From a virus: a stretch of 64,000 nucleotides of DNA. A program made the translations under genes and the position numbers. The notes under the pieces are model-generated. The model was not told the origin of the DNA, ran no database searches, and saw nothing but the letters and a program-made list of their open reading frames with translations. The DNA lies in UHGV virus genome UHGV-0311442. One strand, 5' to 3'. Shown one piece after another: positions 1 through 9,597 of the stretch. Within the stretch, counting starts at the first letter, position 1. Every line of letters starts with the position of its first letter.

Positions 1-1
1 G

Positions 2-1849
2 CTCACAGGCTCTCTGTATTCGCGTACTGAGCCAATTCAGAGTATTGCAGTTGACCCTGAGCGCGGTTATATCGGCTACGTTGATATTGTTGCCGGTGAA
101 TCTTACTCGAATAAAACCGTGAGTTTTGAAACCACGTTTGATTTCGGGAAAAGTACCGAGGTTAGTGAGCACATCGACGCTCGTAAAGCACACGGACTCA
201 GTTCTGTAGACTGGACGTTAACGGATAACCCACGGTTGCCGTTATTAAATCGTGCGATTGCTGAACCGAGAACGTGTATTTTTAGAAAAGCGTTAACGGC
301 CGGTACTGGTGATGTTTTTCATCTGGTAAGTCGTGGTCTTTATACCTACGCACACAACCAAAACGTGAAGTCCAGTCTTCAATACGTTGTGATACCTGAG
401 GGTGCTACACCGTATTGCTGGTTTACACCGTTTAACCCGAAAGAAAACAACGCGCCGACGTTCGAAGGTTCGTTTGCGTTCGACGTTGACGATGTCGGTG
501 GAACACAAGCACTCACGGCTGCACCGGATTTGGTGCTGTGTACGTCAACACAAGGTAGCAGCGTTAAACGTCGTTACGTACGTATTGACCTAACTGCCAA
601 AGCGTGTAAGCTGGGGATTGGTTCTCGTTCAGATTCTGCTGTTACGGATATCCCGTTAGTGATGGAGGAATCTGGGGAAACGGCGGTGGTGGCAACGTTT
701 AAGGATGTGTTGTTCAACGGCGAGGAAACCAACGCAGCGATACTCGACTTGATAGGCTGGGGTCCAAATAAAGACAAAATCTCTGCAAACCATGCGCCAC
801 GTGGTATGATTCGTTATCGTTACAACGTAAACACTCGGGTATTACGTTTAGCACTCTCATTCTCACAGTTCGGAACGACAACAGTTAAGCAACGTCAGTT
901 GGAAATTCAATTCCCGTTTGATTTAGTGGATTACTTCACCGGTGACGGTGTAGGGTTGTCGTTTAAAGAACTGTCTGCGAAATGCCGTGTAACGATTAGC
1001 CACGCACTGATTGATCCGGTCACGACTAAAATCGATATTGATAAGTACCATTACTTACGCTCGTTATTTGAGTCGTATTTGGACGCATCTGTTGGTTATT
1101 TGGCTGATACCAAAGACGTCGACTTTAGTCAGTCTGTGATTGACCCAGCGACTTATGAGATTAGTCAGAAATACCGCGTTACCGAAAGCATTGCGCTGCC
1201 GACCGGCCAGGGAAGTGTTGCTGTTTCCCATGACGGCCAGTTACCTGCGCAGTTCTTTGACCGTAAGCTTTCTCGTGGTGCTTTGATGGCCAAGAAAGGT
1301 GAACTTCATGCCTCCTGGAACAATGAGTGGAGTACATCCAAAGCTGCCGCAAACCGGTATCGGCATAAACTCATTCTACGCTTTGCGCAAGGTGCTGATA
1401 AACAGCAGTACCGTGTTGCAAAAGTGGCAGGAACGGTGAAGTGTAACTGGCCGGGTAAGGTGATTATCGGCGATGCTGGGAAGGACGCGTATGTATCAGC
1501 TATTGATAGCGTGCCGTTTGCGCTTTCGACCAGCGCGGACACAGGTAAAGCAGTTACCCTTACGCCAAAGGATCTACGTGTAGGGCAGGATATTTATATT
1601 GTCTTAGAACCACCGGGTAATAATCCTGAAGGCTACGAGCTTAACTTTACCTGTTCGTTAGATGTCACTGACGAGAACGGTGTTCGTCAAGACCAACTCA
1701 ATGCGCAGAGCTTCGAACTCCGTAGCGGCGAAAGTCAATTCTTAATGGAGAAACGCAATCCGTACCACATCACGAGTAAAGCGTGGAAGTGGATTTTGGC
1801 TGTACTGAAACGAGAACTTAACGGGAAGCAGTTAGGGAATCGTACTTAG
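2..1849 (+). CDS. Virion structural protein, probably 5'-truncated by the window edge (ORF-track start 119 is a GTG without RBS; frame is open back to nt 2)
   Basis: Long ORF in same-strand late block; no in-frame stop between nt 2 and 119; terminator hairpin follows the stop. Confidence 0.6.
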   Translation, partial: LTGSLYSRTEPIQSIAVDPERGYIGYVDIVAGESYSNKTVSFETTFDFGKSTEVSEHIDARKAHGLSSVDWTLTDNPRLPLLNRAIAEPRTCIFRKALTAGTGDVFHLVSRGLYTYAHNQNVKSSLQYVVIPEGATPYCWFTPFNPKENNAPTFEGSFAFDVDDVGGTQALTAAPDLVLCTSTQGSSVKRRYVRIDLTAKACKLGIGSRSDSAVTDIPLVMEESGETAVVATFKDVLFNGEETNAAILDLIGWGPNKDKISANHAPRGMIRYRYNVNTRVLRLALSFSQFGTTTVKQRQLEIQFPFDLVDYFTGDGVGLSFKELSAKCRVTISHALIDPVTTKIDIDKYHYLRSLFESYLDASVGYLADTKDVDFSQSVIDPATYEISQKYRVTESIALPTGQGSVAVSHDGQLPAQFFDRKLSRGALMAKKGELHASWNNEWSTSKAAANRYRHKLILRFAQGADKQQYRVAKVAGTVKCNWPGKVIIGDAGKDAYVSAIDSVPFALSTSADTGKAVTLTPKDLRVGQDIYIVLEPPGNNPEGYELNFTCSLDVTDENGVRQDQLNAQSFELRSGESQFLMEKRNPYHITSKAWKWILAVLKRELNGKQLGNRT

Positions 1850-1887
1850 GACAGGCTGCCTGCGGGCAGTTGTGTGTCCGTAGGTAA

Positions 1888-1925
1888 CCCCTCCCTGTAA
1901 TGGGGAGGGGTATCCATTTTATTTA
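1888..1925 (+). terminator. Rho-independent terminator
   Basis: GC stem cccctccc / gggagggg with 7-nt loop followed by T-rich tract; lies between stop at 1849 and RBS aggag at 1931. Confidence 0.55.
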
Positions 1926-1943
1926 AAAGTAGGAGTCTTTACG

Positions 1944-4900
1944 ATGCCGAGAGAAGACGCGGCGCAGTTTAACGGTACGCTAAGCACAGCGACGTACCCT
2001 AACCGATTTAACGTGGTCATTCCGCCTGAAGGACCTTTTTATCGTATCGGATTAAAACTCACAGTAGCCGACGATACCGCGCCTAACGGACGTCGTACTC
2101 TGATTGAGGGGTTGGACTACTATTTAGGCTATTACTTTAAAGAACTCGCAGAAGCTGAGCAAGATCAGATTTACGGCGGGTTCATGTTGCTGACCGCAAC
2201 AGAAATCGAATATGAGATTTTAGGGGTAGCACGCCAGTATCGTGTACCACAATCTGAAATCGGAAAGTTCTTAGTTCGTACTGACCTGAAAGACCCACGT
2301 AACGTGGACTGGTCAGAGTTAATGGCGTATGCGCCAGTTATTCAACCCATCGATCCTCCTGCTAACTTAGAAGAAGCTATTCTGAGGGATGAGGTTGTTA
2401 AAGCGTTAAACGATATCCGTAAGAAAATCGTTCAACGTTCAACAGAGTTAGATGCAGCGTTTACCGAAGTCACTAACCTGATTTACGAGAACGGTAAAAA
2501 GGTTTTCGACGAGGAGTTATACCAACACCACCTTAATCCTAACGCACACCAGTATACGACCACTGATGTTGGTGCCCTTCCGGTTTTGGGACGTGCTGTC
2601 GACGCTACAAAAGCGTTTGGACTGACGATTGACGAATTGGCTACGCTGATGGGTTCGGCGGGTATTGAGCAATCAGACGTTGATCAGTTAATGGGTGAAG
2701 CCCTTGGTACCGTTTACGGTCGTTGGGGTAGCACAAACGGTAACGAGCTGACGTTTAAAACCGCAGGCGGACACATCATCAGTATCCGTGGTGATAAGTG
2801 GTTAATTACCTCACCGCAACCGTTGGTGATTAAAGCAGACCAGGACAACAACGAATCGGGTTTGGCGGTTGAATTTAGTGCGGGACTGAATACGCTTTGG
2901 GTGCACTCTGGGACAGAACAGGATGTATTAGCGCCGGTTTACAACTCTGTGTATTTGGTTACACCAGAAATGGTGAACATGTACCTGACGTCTGTAACGT
3001 TACTTGAAGCAAATGCCTATTTCAAACCATCAGACAGCGTAAAACCATACGGTACAGCGAAGCAGTCTAATCCGCTAACGTTGAACGCGAATATTCCCAC
3101 AGCAACCGAGTCGGTTTATGGGGTGTTTTCGATTACGAATATCGCAACCTCCGTAGCACTAGGCACTGCTATTTCCCAAAAGGCGGTGACCGAATTAAAA
3201 GACCGGTTAGACTTGTACGTTGACGATGACTACACGGTTAACGGTAAAGGGTTTGTTAAGACAGGCGATAAAATGGTGTTAACCTTAACGAAAACCGATT
3301 TCGGTATCGATAAGATGGATAACACCATGCCGATCGCTAAACCGGTAACAAAAGCGTTAGCGAATGTGCTGAAAAATAAAAGTGTGAAGGAGCACACGCA
3401 CACTACCGCCGATTTGGATAATGTCCCGATTGGTAGTGCGACTGTAGATGGTATTTTACAGTTGTGGGATGCGATTGATGCCACGAATGATAAAGCCGTC
3501 ACGTCTCGTCAAGGGTGGTTGTTCGCAAAAGAGATCAAGAAGGTTTCCGATAAACTGAATACCATCTTACCTGCGTGGACTGTCGGTGGGGCGAAGTTCG
3601 GTAACAAAAACTTCTTACCCATTCCGGCACTCGGTAATTATTCAGGTTTTACAAAGAACCAGTCCTATCAGAAAGGCGTTGTAGGATATCAACAAGGTAA
3701 AGTTTATTCGTTACGTAATGCTTCTAATGGTGTACCTGGTACAGAGGCTATTTATTACGGTTATGCTGATATCAATACGTCGAATGCATTTGAGAACCCT
3801 CAGCAAACTTCGGTGAAATACCATCCTGCTGGGATGAGTAAATATCCTGGAGTGACCTTAAAAGCTATTTTGATCGGTGGTCAGGAAGCGATTATTTGTC
3901 TGGGTTCTGACAATAACCGTTATCTGGTCTTGTTCAATGGCTCGATGGACCACAGTAAGCACACAGTGGTGTGCCGTGTTACAATGCCGAATTATCGCGA
4001 TAATAGTCCCACTGGTTCAAACGAGATTCCGTGGAATCCTCGGCCAGAATCTGACGATGTTGTTCTGGTTGACGACCACGTTTACCTTCTTCGCTCCACG
4101 GTAAATAACGCTGCTTATGCCGTGGCGGCATGGCGTTTACGTAAAGCCGATTTGTCTACTAATGTTGCGTTAGAATTTGAACGTGTAACGTTAAATGGTG
4201 AAATGGGACAATTCGGAGATAACCTCTGCCTAAGAATTGGCCAGAAGACCGAAGAGTCGCAGACTGGTCAATTCTTCACGTATTACCCACCCGAGGCACG
4301 GGCTAAATGGACAATCGGTCACAACTTTGTCCATGGTCCAGAATGTAACCATGCTTGTGCGGTGCGTGACAGTGTGATTCGTGTGAATCATGTACCCACT
4401 GTGTGGTTTGCGGCTGCCGACGGTTCGACGATTAATTTCCGTCAATGGTCAACAAGTTTCACAATCGATACGTTAACGGGTAGAGTTACGTTGGAGGGTG
4501 CCGAACGTTTCCCCATTAAGGCTGATACTACCACACTGACGTTCGCGGATGGTTCAACTGTAGAAACCAGTCGTAAGTGGGGCGGTGGTCAAGCAAACAA
4601 TCGTTGTTTTGCAACGTATGCTAAACCTAACGGCACCGGAATGATGCTTTCCTGTTGGCAGGTTAACGATGCGGACCAGATGCCGAATGTTTCTATTAAA
4701 GGAACGCAAGGCAAAGAGTTTTTCGATTATTTGCGTTACGATAACCCGAACAATACCTCAGGCGAAGGAACGTTTACTTGGGATAAAGGCCGTGGTTCTA
4801 TCTATACCATCGGTCTTTCTCATCCTGTCGGTATCGGTGGTTCGAATAAGGTTTGGCTATCCAATCCACGCAACCGTTATACGATCGAAGTAGAAGTTGA

Positions 4901-7127
4901 CCCAAGTAAACCTTATGACGTTCCTGGATATAGCGGTTATGGCCCGAACAACAACCGTCGAGAAGTTGATGCAACCCTTTACGAACAGTTAAGCTGTATG
5001 GCTGCTTGCATGACTCCAGAGGAGCGTCACGGCCAGTTAAACGGTTGGTATTTGACGAAAGCGGAAACCTTCCCATATCGAAACATCTACGGTAACTTTG
5101 CCCTGTCATCAGAACGGCTGACGTTAGAGGAAGCGGATCGCCAGAAGATGATTAGGATGATTGTCGATGGTGCACCATCTGGTCAGGCAAACGGTTACGC
5201 GAACGAGCGCATCAGCGCAGCACACCAAAGCGGTAACGCGTTGTTTGCGCTCTGGTTGCTAGGCATTAACACTGTTTGTGAGTTCGACTTATTACAAGTC
5301 TCATGCATGAAAATCTTGAGTAACGGACGTCGAGTTCTCGACATCTATTATTTCATGGTGAGTCCGACTAAAGAAAACGGTTATCTACGTTTTAACTCGG
5401 CTACTTTCAAACTCGTTGATTGGTTCTTAGACCTTGATTACGGCTTAAGTTATCAGTCTCTGAGGGAAGAAGCGGGTAATAAAACGCGACGTGTAGGCCA
5501 GCCAATTTTTGCTTCTGCCGACGGTGTAAACTTCGGTCTATGGCTACCTTATACGCTGACAATACGGAATATCGGGGACCTAAATGCTTTGGGTTACGCT
5601 GCGAAGTATACCTTCGACCCTGGGTCGGGTTGGACTCGCGTTCCCGGTAAGTCACAATTGCGTCGGATGGCCCCTGCTCATAATCCCGAAACAGGCTGCT
5701 ACATGGGTGCGGGTAATTGGGACAAGATGGCACTAATTTTCTCTAAAGCAGATCGTGTCTTCTGTTCAGGTAACGCATATACAGCCGAAGAGTTCGTTAA
5801 TGACACCAGATTCACAACTGGGGGACAGGCGGTTATTATCGCTGGTGTGGAAACTGCCGAAGGTTGGATTCTATATTTGACGGAAGAGGTCAGGTTAGAT
5901 TTCGGTAGTAATAGCTATACATTACCGACGTGGTTGGTGGATTTAAGCAATGAATTCCCAGAAAACCATGCTAACCAGACGTTCTATGTTCATGCTGCTC
6001 TTGTAGGTTCGAAAGCTCAATATCAGATCGGTCTGGAAAAGCTGCCGGATACGAGTTCGCGATTATTTGTTGGTACAGTTACAACCGATAAAAAGCGCAT
6101 AGTTGCTATTAACATCGATAAAGTGAAACGGTTAGGCAGGGTTCGTGAATTAGAAGAACACGCTGCTGTTAGAGATCAGCACGACGTTGCAGCGGCGTAC
6201 GATCGAAAAACGGGTCCACTCCAAACCTTGGTTAACCAACCGCTGAAAGCCCCCACGGCATCTGCGGGCAAGGGTGCAGGGTATGCCGATGGTCAGAGAT
6301 GGAATGCGTTGACCGGGATCACAACACGTCCCAAACTGCCGATACAGGAAACCTACGCAGGTTATAAAAGTATCGGTAGAGTAGCGTATGAGAACTGCGC
6401 TGATCAGTTCTGGCAGAAAGCGGTCGCTGCAAACGTTGCAGCGGCTACTGCGTCTGAGAACAGTCAAGCGGCAGCCGCGAACATGAAGTGGTTGGGCGCG
6501 TATACGAAACCGACTACAGGTGCGAATGCATATCTGGCGCTGAGTCTGCGTGTTAAAGTGCCTGGTAATCCCGGCACCGCTAATCGTAGACTAAAAATCA
6601 GGCTTGCGGCTCCGACAGGTATAACCCAAGTTCGTTACGGGTTAAACCAGTCTGGTGGCACGATGACTGAACAGACAGTAACGTTAACTGCTAACAGTTA
6701 TCTGGAAAAAGAACACGCCGGATTTAAGCCAGCCGAAGAAGTCCGTGTACATGCTACGTTTGTCATTCCAAAAAATGAATACGATAGCTACCGTACGAAG
6801 TTCGGTGCTGTTCAGCTGATTGACGTTGAGTCGAACACTGTCATTAAACAGACAGATATCGACACACCGTTTATCGTGTATACCGACACGGAGTTAGCAG
6901 CGCAATCTGGTTTGGTGTATAAAGCGGTTAAGGGTCAGTTCCATCAACTCCCGTCTCAACCTGTCGTCATTGTAACTGATGGACAGACAGGGACTACGCC
7001 ACCGGTGAAAACCTCGTTTGCTGACGGGACATTAACGGTCTACGTGGCAACCACGTACGATGCGGTTAACCCAGCACAAACCCGCGATATCGATAAGCTC
7101 CAGTTCAATCTTATGTTTACATCTTAA
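1944..7127 (+). CDS. Giant (1727 aa) tail fibre / virion structural protein
   Basis: Uninterrupted 5.2-kb ORF with RBS aggag 8 nt upstream of ATG; sits directly upstream of fibre genes; no catalytic motif recognised. Confidence 0.8.
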   Translation: MPREDAAQFNGTLSTATYPNRFNVVIPPEGPFYRIGLKLTVADDTAPNGRRTLIEGLDYYLGYYFKELAEAEQDQIYGGFMLLTATEIEYEILGVARQYRVPQSEIGKFLVRTDLKDPRNVDWSELMAYAPVIQPIDPPANLEEAILRDEVVKALNDIRKKIVQRSTELDAAFTEVTNLIYENGKKVFDEELYQHHLNPNAHQYTTTDVGALPVLGRAVDATKAFGLTIDELATLMGSAGIEQSDVDQLMGEALGTVYGRWGSTNGNELTFKTAGGHIISIRGDKWLITSPQPLVIKADQDNNESGLAVEFSAGLNTLWVHSGTEQDVLAPVYNSVYLVTPEMVNMYLTSVTLLEANAYFKPSDSVKPYGTAKQSNPLTLNANIPTATESVYGVFSITNIATSVALGTAISQKAVTELKDRLDLYVDDDYTVNGKGFVKTGDKMVLTLTKTDFGIDKMDNTMPIAKPVTKALANVLKNKSVKEHTHTTADLDNVPIGSATVDGILQLWDAIDATNDKAVTSRQGWLFAKEIKKVSDKLNTILPAWTVGGAKFGNKNFLPIPALGNYSGFTKNQSYQKGVVGYQQGKVYSLRNASNGVPGTEAIYYGYADINTSNAFENPQQTSVKYHPAGMSKYPGVTLKAILIGGQEAIICLGSDNNRYLVLFNGSMDHSKHTVVCRVTMPNYRDNSPTGSNEIPWNPRPESDDVVLVDDHVYLLRSTVNNAAYAVAAWRLRKADLSTNVALEFERVTLNGEMGQFGDNLCLRIGQKTEESQTGQFFTYYPPEARAKWTIGHNFVHGPECNHACAVRDSVIRVNHVPTVWFAAADGSTINFRQWSTSFTIDTLTGRVTLEGAERFPIKADTTTLTFADGSTVETSRKWGGGQANNRCFATYAKPNGTGMMLSCWQVNDADQMPNVSIKGTQGKEFFDYLRYDNPNNTSGEGTFTWDKGRGSIYTIGLSHPVGIGGSNKVWLSNPRNRYTIEVEVDPSKPYDVPGYSGYGPNNNRREVDATLYEQLSCMAACMTPEERHGQLNGWYLTKAETFPYRNIYGNFALSSERLTLEEADRQKMIRMIVDGAPSGQANGYANERISAAHQSGNALFALWLLGINTVCEFDLLQVSCMKILSNGRRVLDIYYFMVSPTKENGYLRFNSATFKLVDWFLDLDYGLSYQSLREEAGNKTRRVGQPIFASADGVNFGLWLPYTLTIRNIGDLNALGYAAKYTFDPGSGWTRVPGKSQLRRMAPAHNPETGCYMGAGNWDKMALIFSKADRVFCSGNAYTAEEFVNDTRFTTGGQAVIIAGVETAEGWILYLTEEVRLDFGSNSYTLPTWLVDLSNEFPENHANQTFYVHAALVGSKAQYQIGLEKLPDTSSRLFVGTVTTDKKRIVAINIDKVKRLGRVRELEEHAAVRDQHDVAAAYDRKTGPLQTLVNQPLKAPTASAGKGAGYADGQRWNALTGITTRPKLPIQETYAGYKSIGRVAYENCADQFWQKAVAANVAAATASENSQAAAANMKWLGAYTKPTTGANAYLALSLRVKVPGNPGTANRRLKIRLAAPTGITQVRYGLNQSGGTMTEQTVTLTANSYLEKEHAGFKPAEEVRVHATFVIPKNEYDSYRTKFGAVQLIDVESNTVIKQTDIDTPFIVYTDTELAAQSGLVYKAVKGQFHQLPSQPVVIVTDGQTGTTPPVKTSFADGTLTVYVATTYDAVNPAQTRDIDKLQFNLMFTS

Positions 7128-7167
7128 CGCCACGAGACAAGGACGTCTCGGATTAAGGAGAGTGGCC

Positions 7168-8367
7168 ATGGCCTCCATTGTATATCAGTACCCTTTAGAT
7201 TTAACGGGAACCCTAACCTCTAACGCCGTGGAGCGTCAGGTTACGTTAGGTACAGGTAAAGTTAACCGTGCGTTTGCTTTTCCTGACGGACCGTTTTATG
7301 CTGATACGTTCCGCTTGCGGGTTGCCAATCGACCCGACGCGACGTATGAACGCGGAACGGACTATGAGTTGATTTTTGCACACCCGGGTTACGAGAAATT
7401 GACGAAGAACCGGGAAGTGGTAATGGCGGTTGTTGTAACGAACACCGCGATTCCGACCGATATCACGGTATCGGCGCAAGTAGTCGGTGGTCCGCAGTCT
7501 GCAAACGTGACTGCGATAGAACAGGCGATTGCCGAGTTGAATCTCGATAATCGAACTGTTGGCTTTAAAGACTTGCGAAATGTGCCGGACACGTTTCCTT
7601 CGGCACCAACGTATAAAGACGTCGGCGATATTTACGGCTTCGAATATATCATTACAGTGCTCGCTGGCATCAAAGATGCGATAACGGCGGGTGATGCTGT
7701 ACAGCTTGAGAACATCAAAGCGATTCTCGAAAGCCTGAAAAACGATTTCCTGGACGCGCTGAACGCGCACATTAACGCCACGGGTAATGTCCACCATCTG
7801 GATATTCATCAGGTTAACGGGTTAACAGAAACGGAGATCCGTGCACTTATCCGTGACGTACAATCTGCCATCGATGCAACCATTACTGATATTAATGCGT
7901 TGAAGAAAGCAGACGAAGCGTTAGGAAAACGTATTGATGCTGTTGTCAAATCTTTGGAAGCGTGGAACGACCAACTTAACATCGTTGCCCAAAACTACCA
8001 GAAGATGGCATTGGCATTGGCGAACCTAAATTCGCTAGTGTTACAGTTACAGAAAAATATCAACGATCTGAACACCAAACTCAACCAAGCGATTCAGCGC
8101 ATTGCTGCGTTAGAACAACGGGGTAATGAGTCCGATCAGAAAATTGATAATCTGCAACAAAACCTGGATGCGCTTAAACAACAGGTTGCGAATAACACGA
8201 ACGCAATCAGTCAGGCGAATCAGAACCTACAAAACCATATTGCGGCGGATAACCCGCACACAGGTTATCTCCACAAGAAATACGGCGGTGTGGTTCAGGC
8301 TCCAGTGCACGTTAACGCTAACTTGACGTCCCGTGATGACGTTCAGGCAGAAGCGGGTACGAAATAA
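7168..8367 (+). CDS. Coiled-coil fibre protein (fibritin / tail-fibre-like)
   Basis: RBS aaggagag then ATG at 7168 (ORF-track start 7060 lies inside the upstream gene); C-terminal half is heptad-rich, Q/N/L coiled coil. Confidence 0.75.
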   Translation: MASIVYQYPLDLTGTLTSNAVERQVTLGTGKVNRAFAFPDGPFYADTFRLRVANRPDATYERGTDYELIFAHPGYEKLTKNREVVMAVVVTNTAIPTDITVSAQVVGGPQSANVTAIEQAIAELNLDNRTVGFKDLRNVPDTFPSAPTYKDVGDIYGFEYIITVLAGIKDAITAGDAVQLENIKAILESLKNDFLDALNAHINATGNVHHLDIHQVNGLTETEIRALIRDVQSAIDATITDINALKKADEALGKRIDAVVKSLEAWNDQLNIVAQNYQKMALALANLNSLVLQLQKNINDLNTKLNQAIQRIAALEQRGNESDQKIDNLQQNLDALKQQVANNTNAISQANQNLQNHIAADNPHTGYLHKKYGGVVQAPVHVNANLTSRDDVQAEAGTK

Positions 8368-8376
8368 CTTTATTAC

Positions 8377-8422
8377 AGGAGGAACTATGCTTATGGGCGT
8401 AGTCCTCCATTCTTTTTTATTT
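8377..8422 (+). terminator. Rho-independent terminator separating the fibre genes from the Cys-rich peptide genes
   Basis: Stem ggaggaactatgc / gcgtagtcctcc followed by ttcttttttatttt. Confidence 0.6.
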
Positions 8423-8434
8423 TAAGGATACGTG

Positions 8435-8830
8435 ATGGCGATCAGTGTTAAAAATGTACGTGACCGAATCACCAACGTAGAGAACCAAATGGCAACTGGC
8501 CCACGTGTTGATCCGCAAGTTGCGTCGAAAGCACATAATGCCGCCGACACTTTTTCGGGTTGGACGCCAAGTCGGTTAGACTGCGGGGGAAGCTGTAGCT
8601 GGACGTGCTCAAACGGTTGTACGCATGGCTGTACGAGTTGTTCGGGCACCTGTACGTCGGTGTGTGTAGGTAGCTGCTCCTCTGCGTGCGGTAACCAGTG
8701 TACTGGATGTAGTTCAACGTGTTCTGGTGGCTGTTCAGGTTGCAGTGGGACCTGTGGAGGTGCTTGCTCGGGCCGTTGTTCTACGGGTTGTTCTGGTGCT
8801 TGCTCCGGTGGCTGTTCTGGCCCAACCTAA
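8435..8830 (+). CDS. Cys-rich repeat peptide 1 (~131 aa, ~26 Cys in CxxxC / CxxC repeats of C-S/T/G); candidate RiPP precursor or crosslinked structural protein
   Basis: RBS aagga 6 nt upstream of ATG; N-terminal ~50 aa leader-like and Cys-free, then the motif Y/L-D-C-G-G-S-C-S-W-T-C-S begins the Cys repeat core. Confidence 0.75.
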   Translation: MAISVKNVRDRITNVENQMATGPRVDPQVASKAHNAADTFSGWTPSRLDCGGSCSWTCSNGCTHGCTSCSGTCTSVCVGSCSSACGNQCTGCSSTCSGGCSGCSGTCGGACSGRCSTGCSGACSGGCSGPT

Positions 8831-8840
8831 GAGGTGAAAA

Positions 8841-9239
8841 ATGGCAATTGGATTACCTGCGCTACAAGCGCGGCTAAATAACATTGACAACACTGCATTG
8901 AAGAATACGGGTGCAGTACAAAACTATATTCGTGGGAAAGCGACGAACAACGCAGACCTATTCGGTGGGCAAGCTCGCAACCACTATGACTGCGGGGGAA
9001 GCTGTAGCTGGACCTGTTCGAGCTGTTCTGGTGGTTGTACAGGGAACGCATCAGGCGGCTGTGGCTCTTCCTGTTCTGCAAACTGTGTATCAGGTTGTAG
9101 CGCGGGCTGTAGTGGATGTTCGAATACCTGTTCTGGTGGCTGCTCAGGAAGCTGTACGGGGAGTTGTTCTAACTCGTGTGTAGGAAACTGTTCTGCAGGC
9201 TGCTCTGGTGCTTGCTCCGGTGGCTGTTCTGGGAGGTAA
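8841..9239 (+). CDS. Cys-rich repeat peptide 2 (132 aa), paralog of peptide 1
   Basis: RBS gaggtg; shares the YDCGGSCSWTCS motif and a 29-bp identical 3' DNA segment (GCSGACSGGCSG) with peptide 1. Confidence 0.75.
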   Translation: MAIGLPALQARLNNIDNTALKNTGAVQNYIRGKATNNADLFGGQARNHYDCGGSCSWTCSSCSGGCTGNASGGCGSSCSANCVSGCSAGCSGCSNTCSGGCSGSCTGSCSNSCVGNCSAGCSGACSGGCSGR

Positions 9240-9241
9240 TT

Positions 9242-9448
9242 GTGATTAGCCTTAAGAACCTTCGTGATCGGTTAGTAACAGCGGAAGGGTATATTACGAC
9301 CGCTAACGCAAACAACTATATTGCAAACCAGGGCACCGTGTCTTCAACCAATAACCTTGCCGGTTTACCTTTAAGCCATTATAACTGTAACGGCGGATGT
9401 AGCTGGTCGTGCAGTGGTAGCTGTAGTAAAGGTGCGGGGGGAAGGTAA
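9242..9448 (+). CDS. Cys-rich peptide 3 (68 aa, GTG start), short paralog with 4 Cys
   Basis: RBS gggagg 5 nt upstream of GTG 9242; N-terminus ISLKNLRDRL parallels peptide 1 (ISVKNVRDRI); core YNCNGGCSWSCSGSCS. Confidence 0.6.
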   Translation: MISLKNLRDRLVTAEGYITTANANNYIANQGTVSSTNNLAGLPLSHYNCNGGCSWSCSGSCSKGAGGR

Positions 9449-9597
9449 CTAAGCCCTCCAGTGGTAGTATGTCTATTACGCAATAACCGAGTTAATCGTA
9501 CGGGTTTACTACTGAGTTTCAAGTTACCGGTAGGCAATGGTGCGGTGGTTTCTATACCCTGAATGTCCGTTTGACCGTGAAATAATTGGAGCAATCA

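Noticed and set aside
7060-7167. N-terminal extension of the coiled-coil fibre ORF (ORF-track start 7060)
   Set aside because: It overlaps the end of the 1727-aa gene; a strong RBS (aaggagag) precedes the in-frame ATG at 7168, which is the likely start.
8911-9183. 90-aa ORF in an alternative frame across the Cys-rich genes
   Set aside because: Alternative-frame product of GC-rich repeat DNA; the Cys-rich frames have RBSs and conserved paralogous structure.
8435-9448. Cys-rich proteins as ferredoxin-like or metallothionein-like metal binders
   Set aside because: The spacing is regular CxxxC/CxxC with Ser/Gly/Thr and no CxxCxxCxxxCP ferredoxin signature; adjacency to two rSAM enzymes fits a modified-peptide interpretation better. 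Metal binding cannot be excluded.
9586-9597. TTG start (MEQS...) for the 295-aa cluster protein
   Set aside because: The TTG overlaps the ggag RBS; ATG at 9598 has proper spacing.
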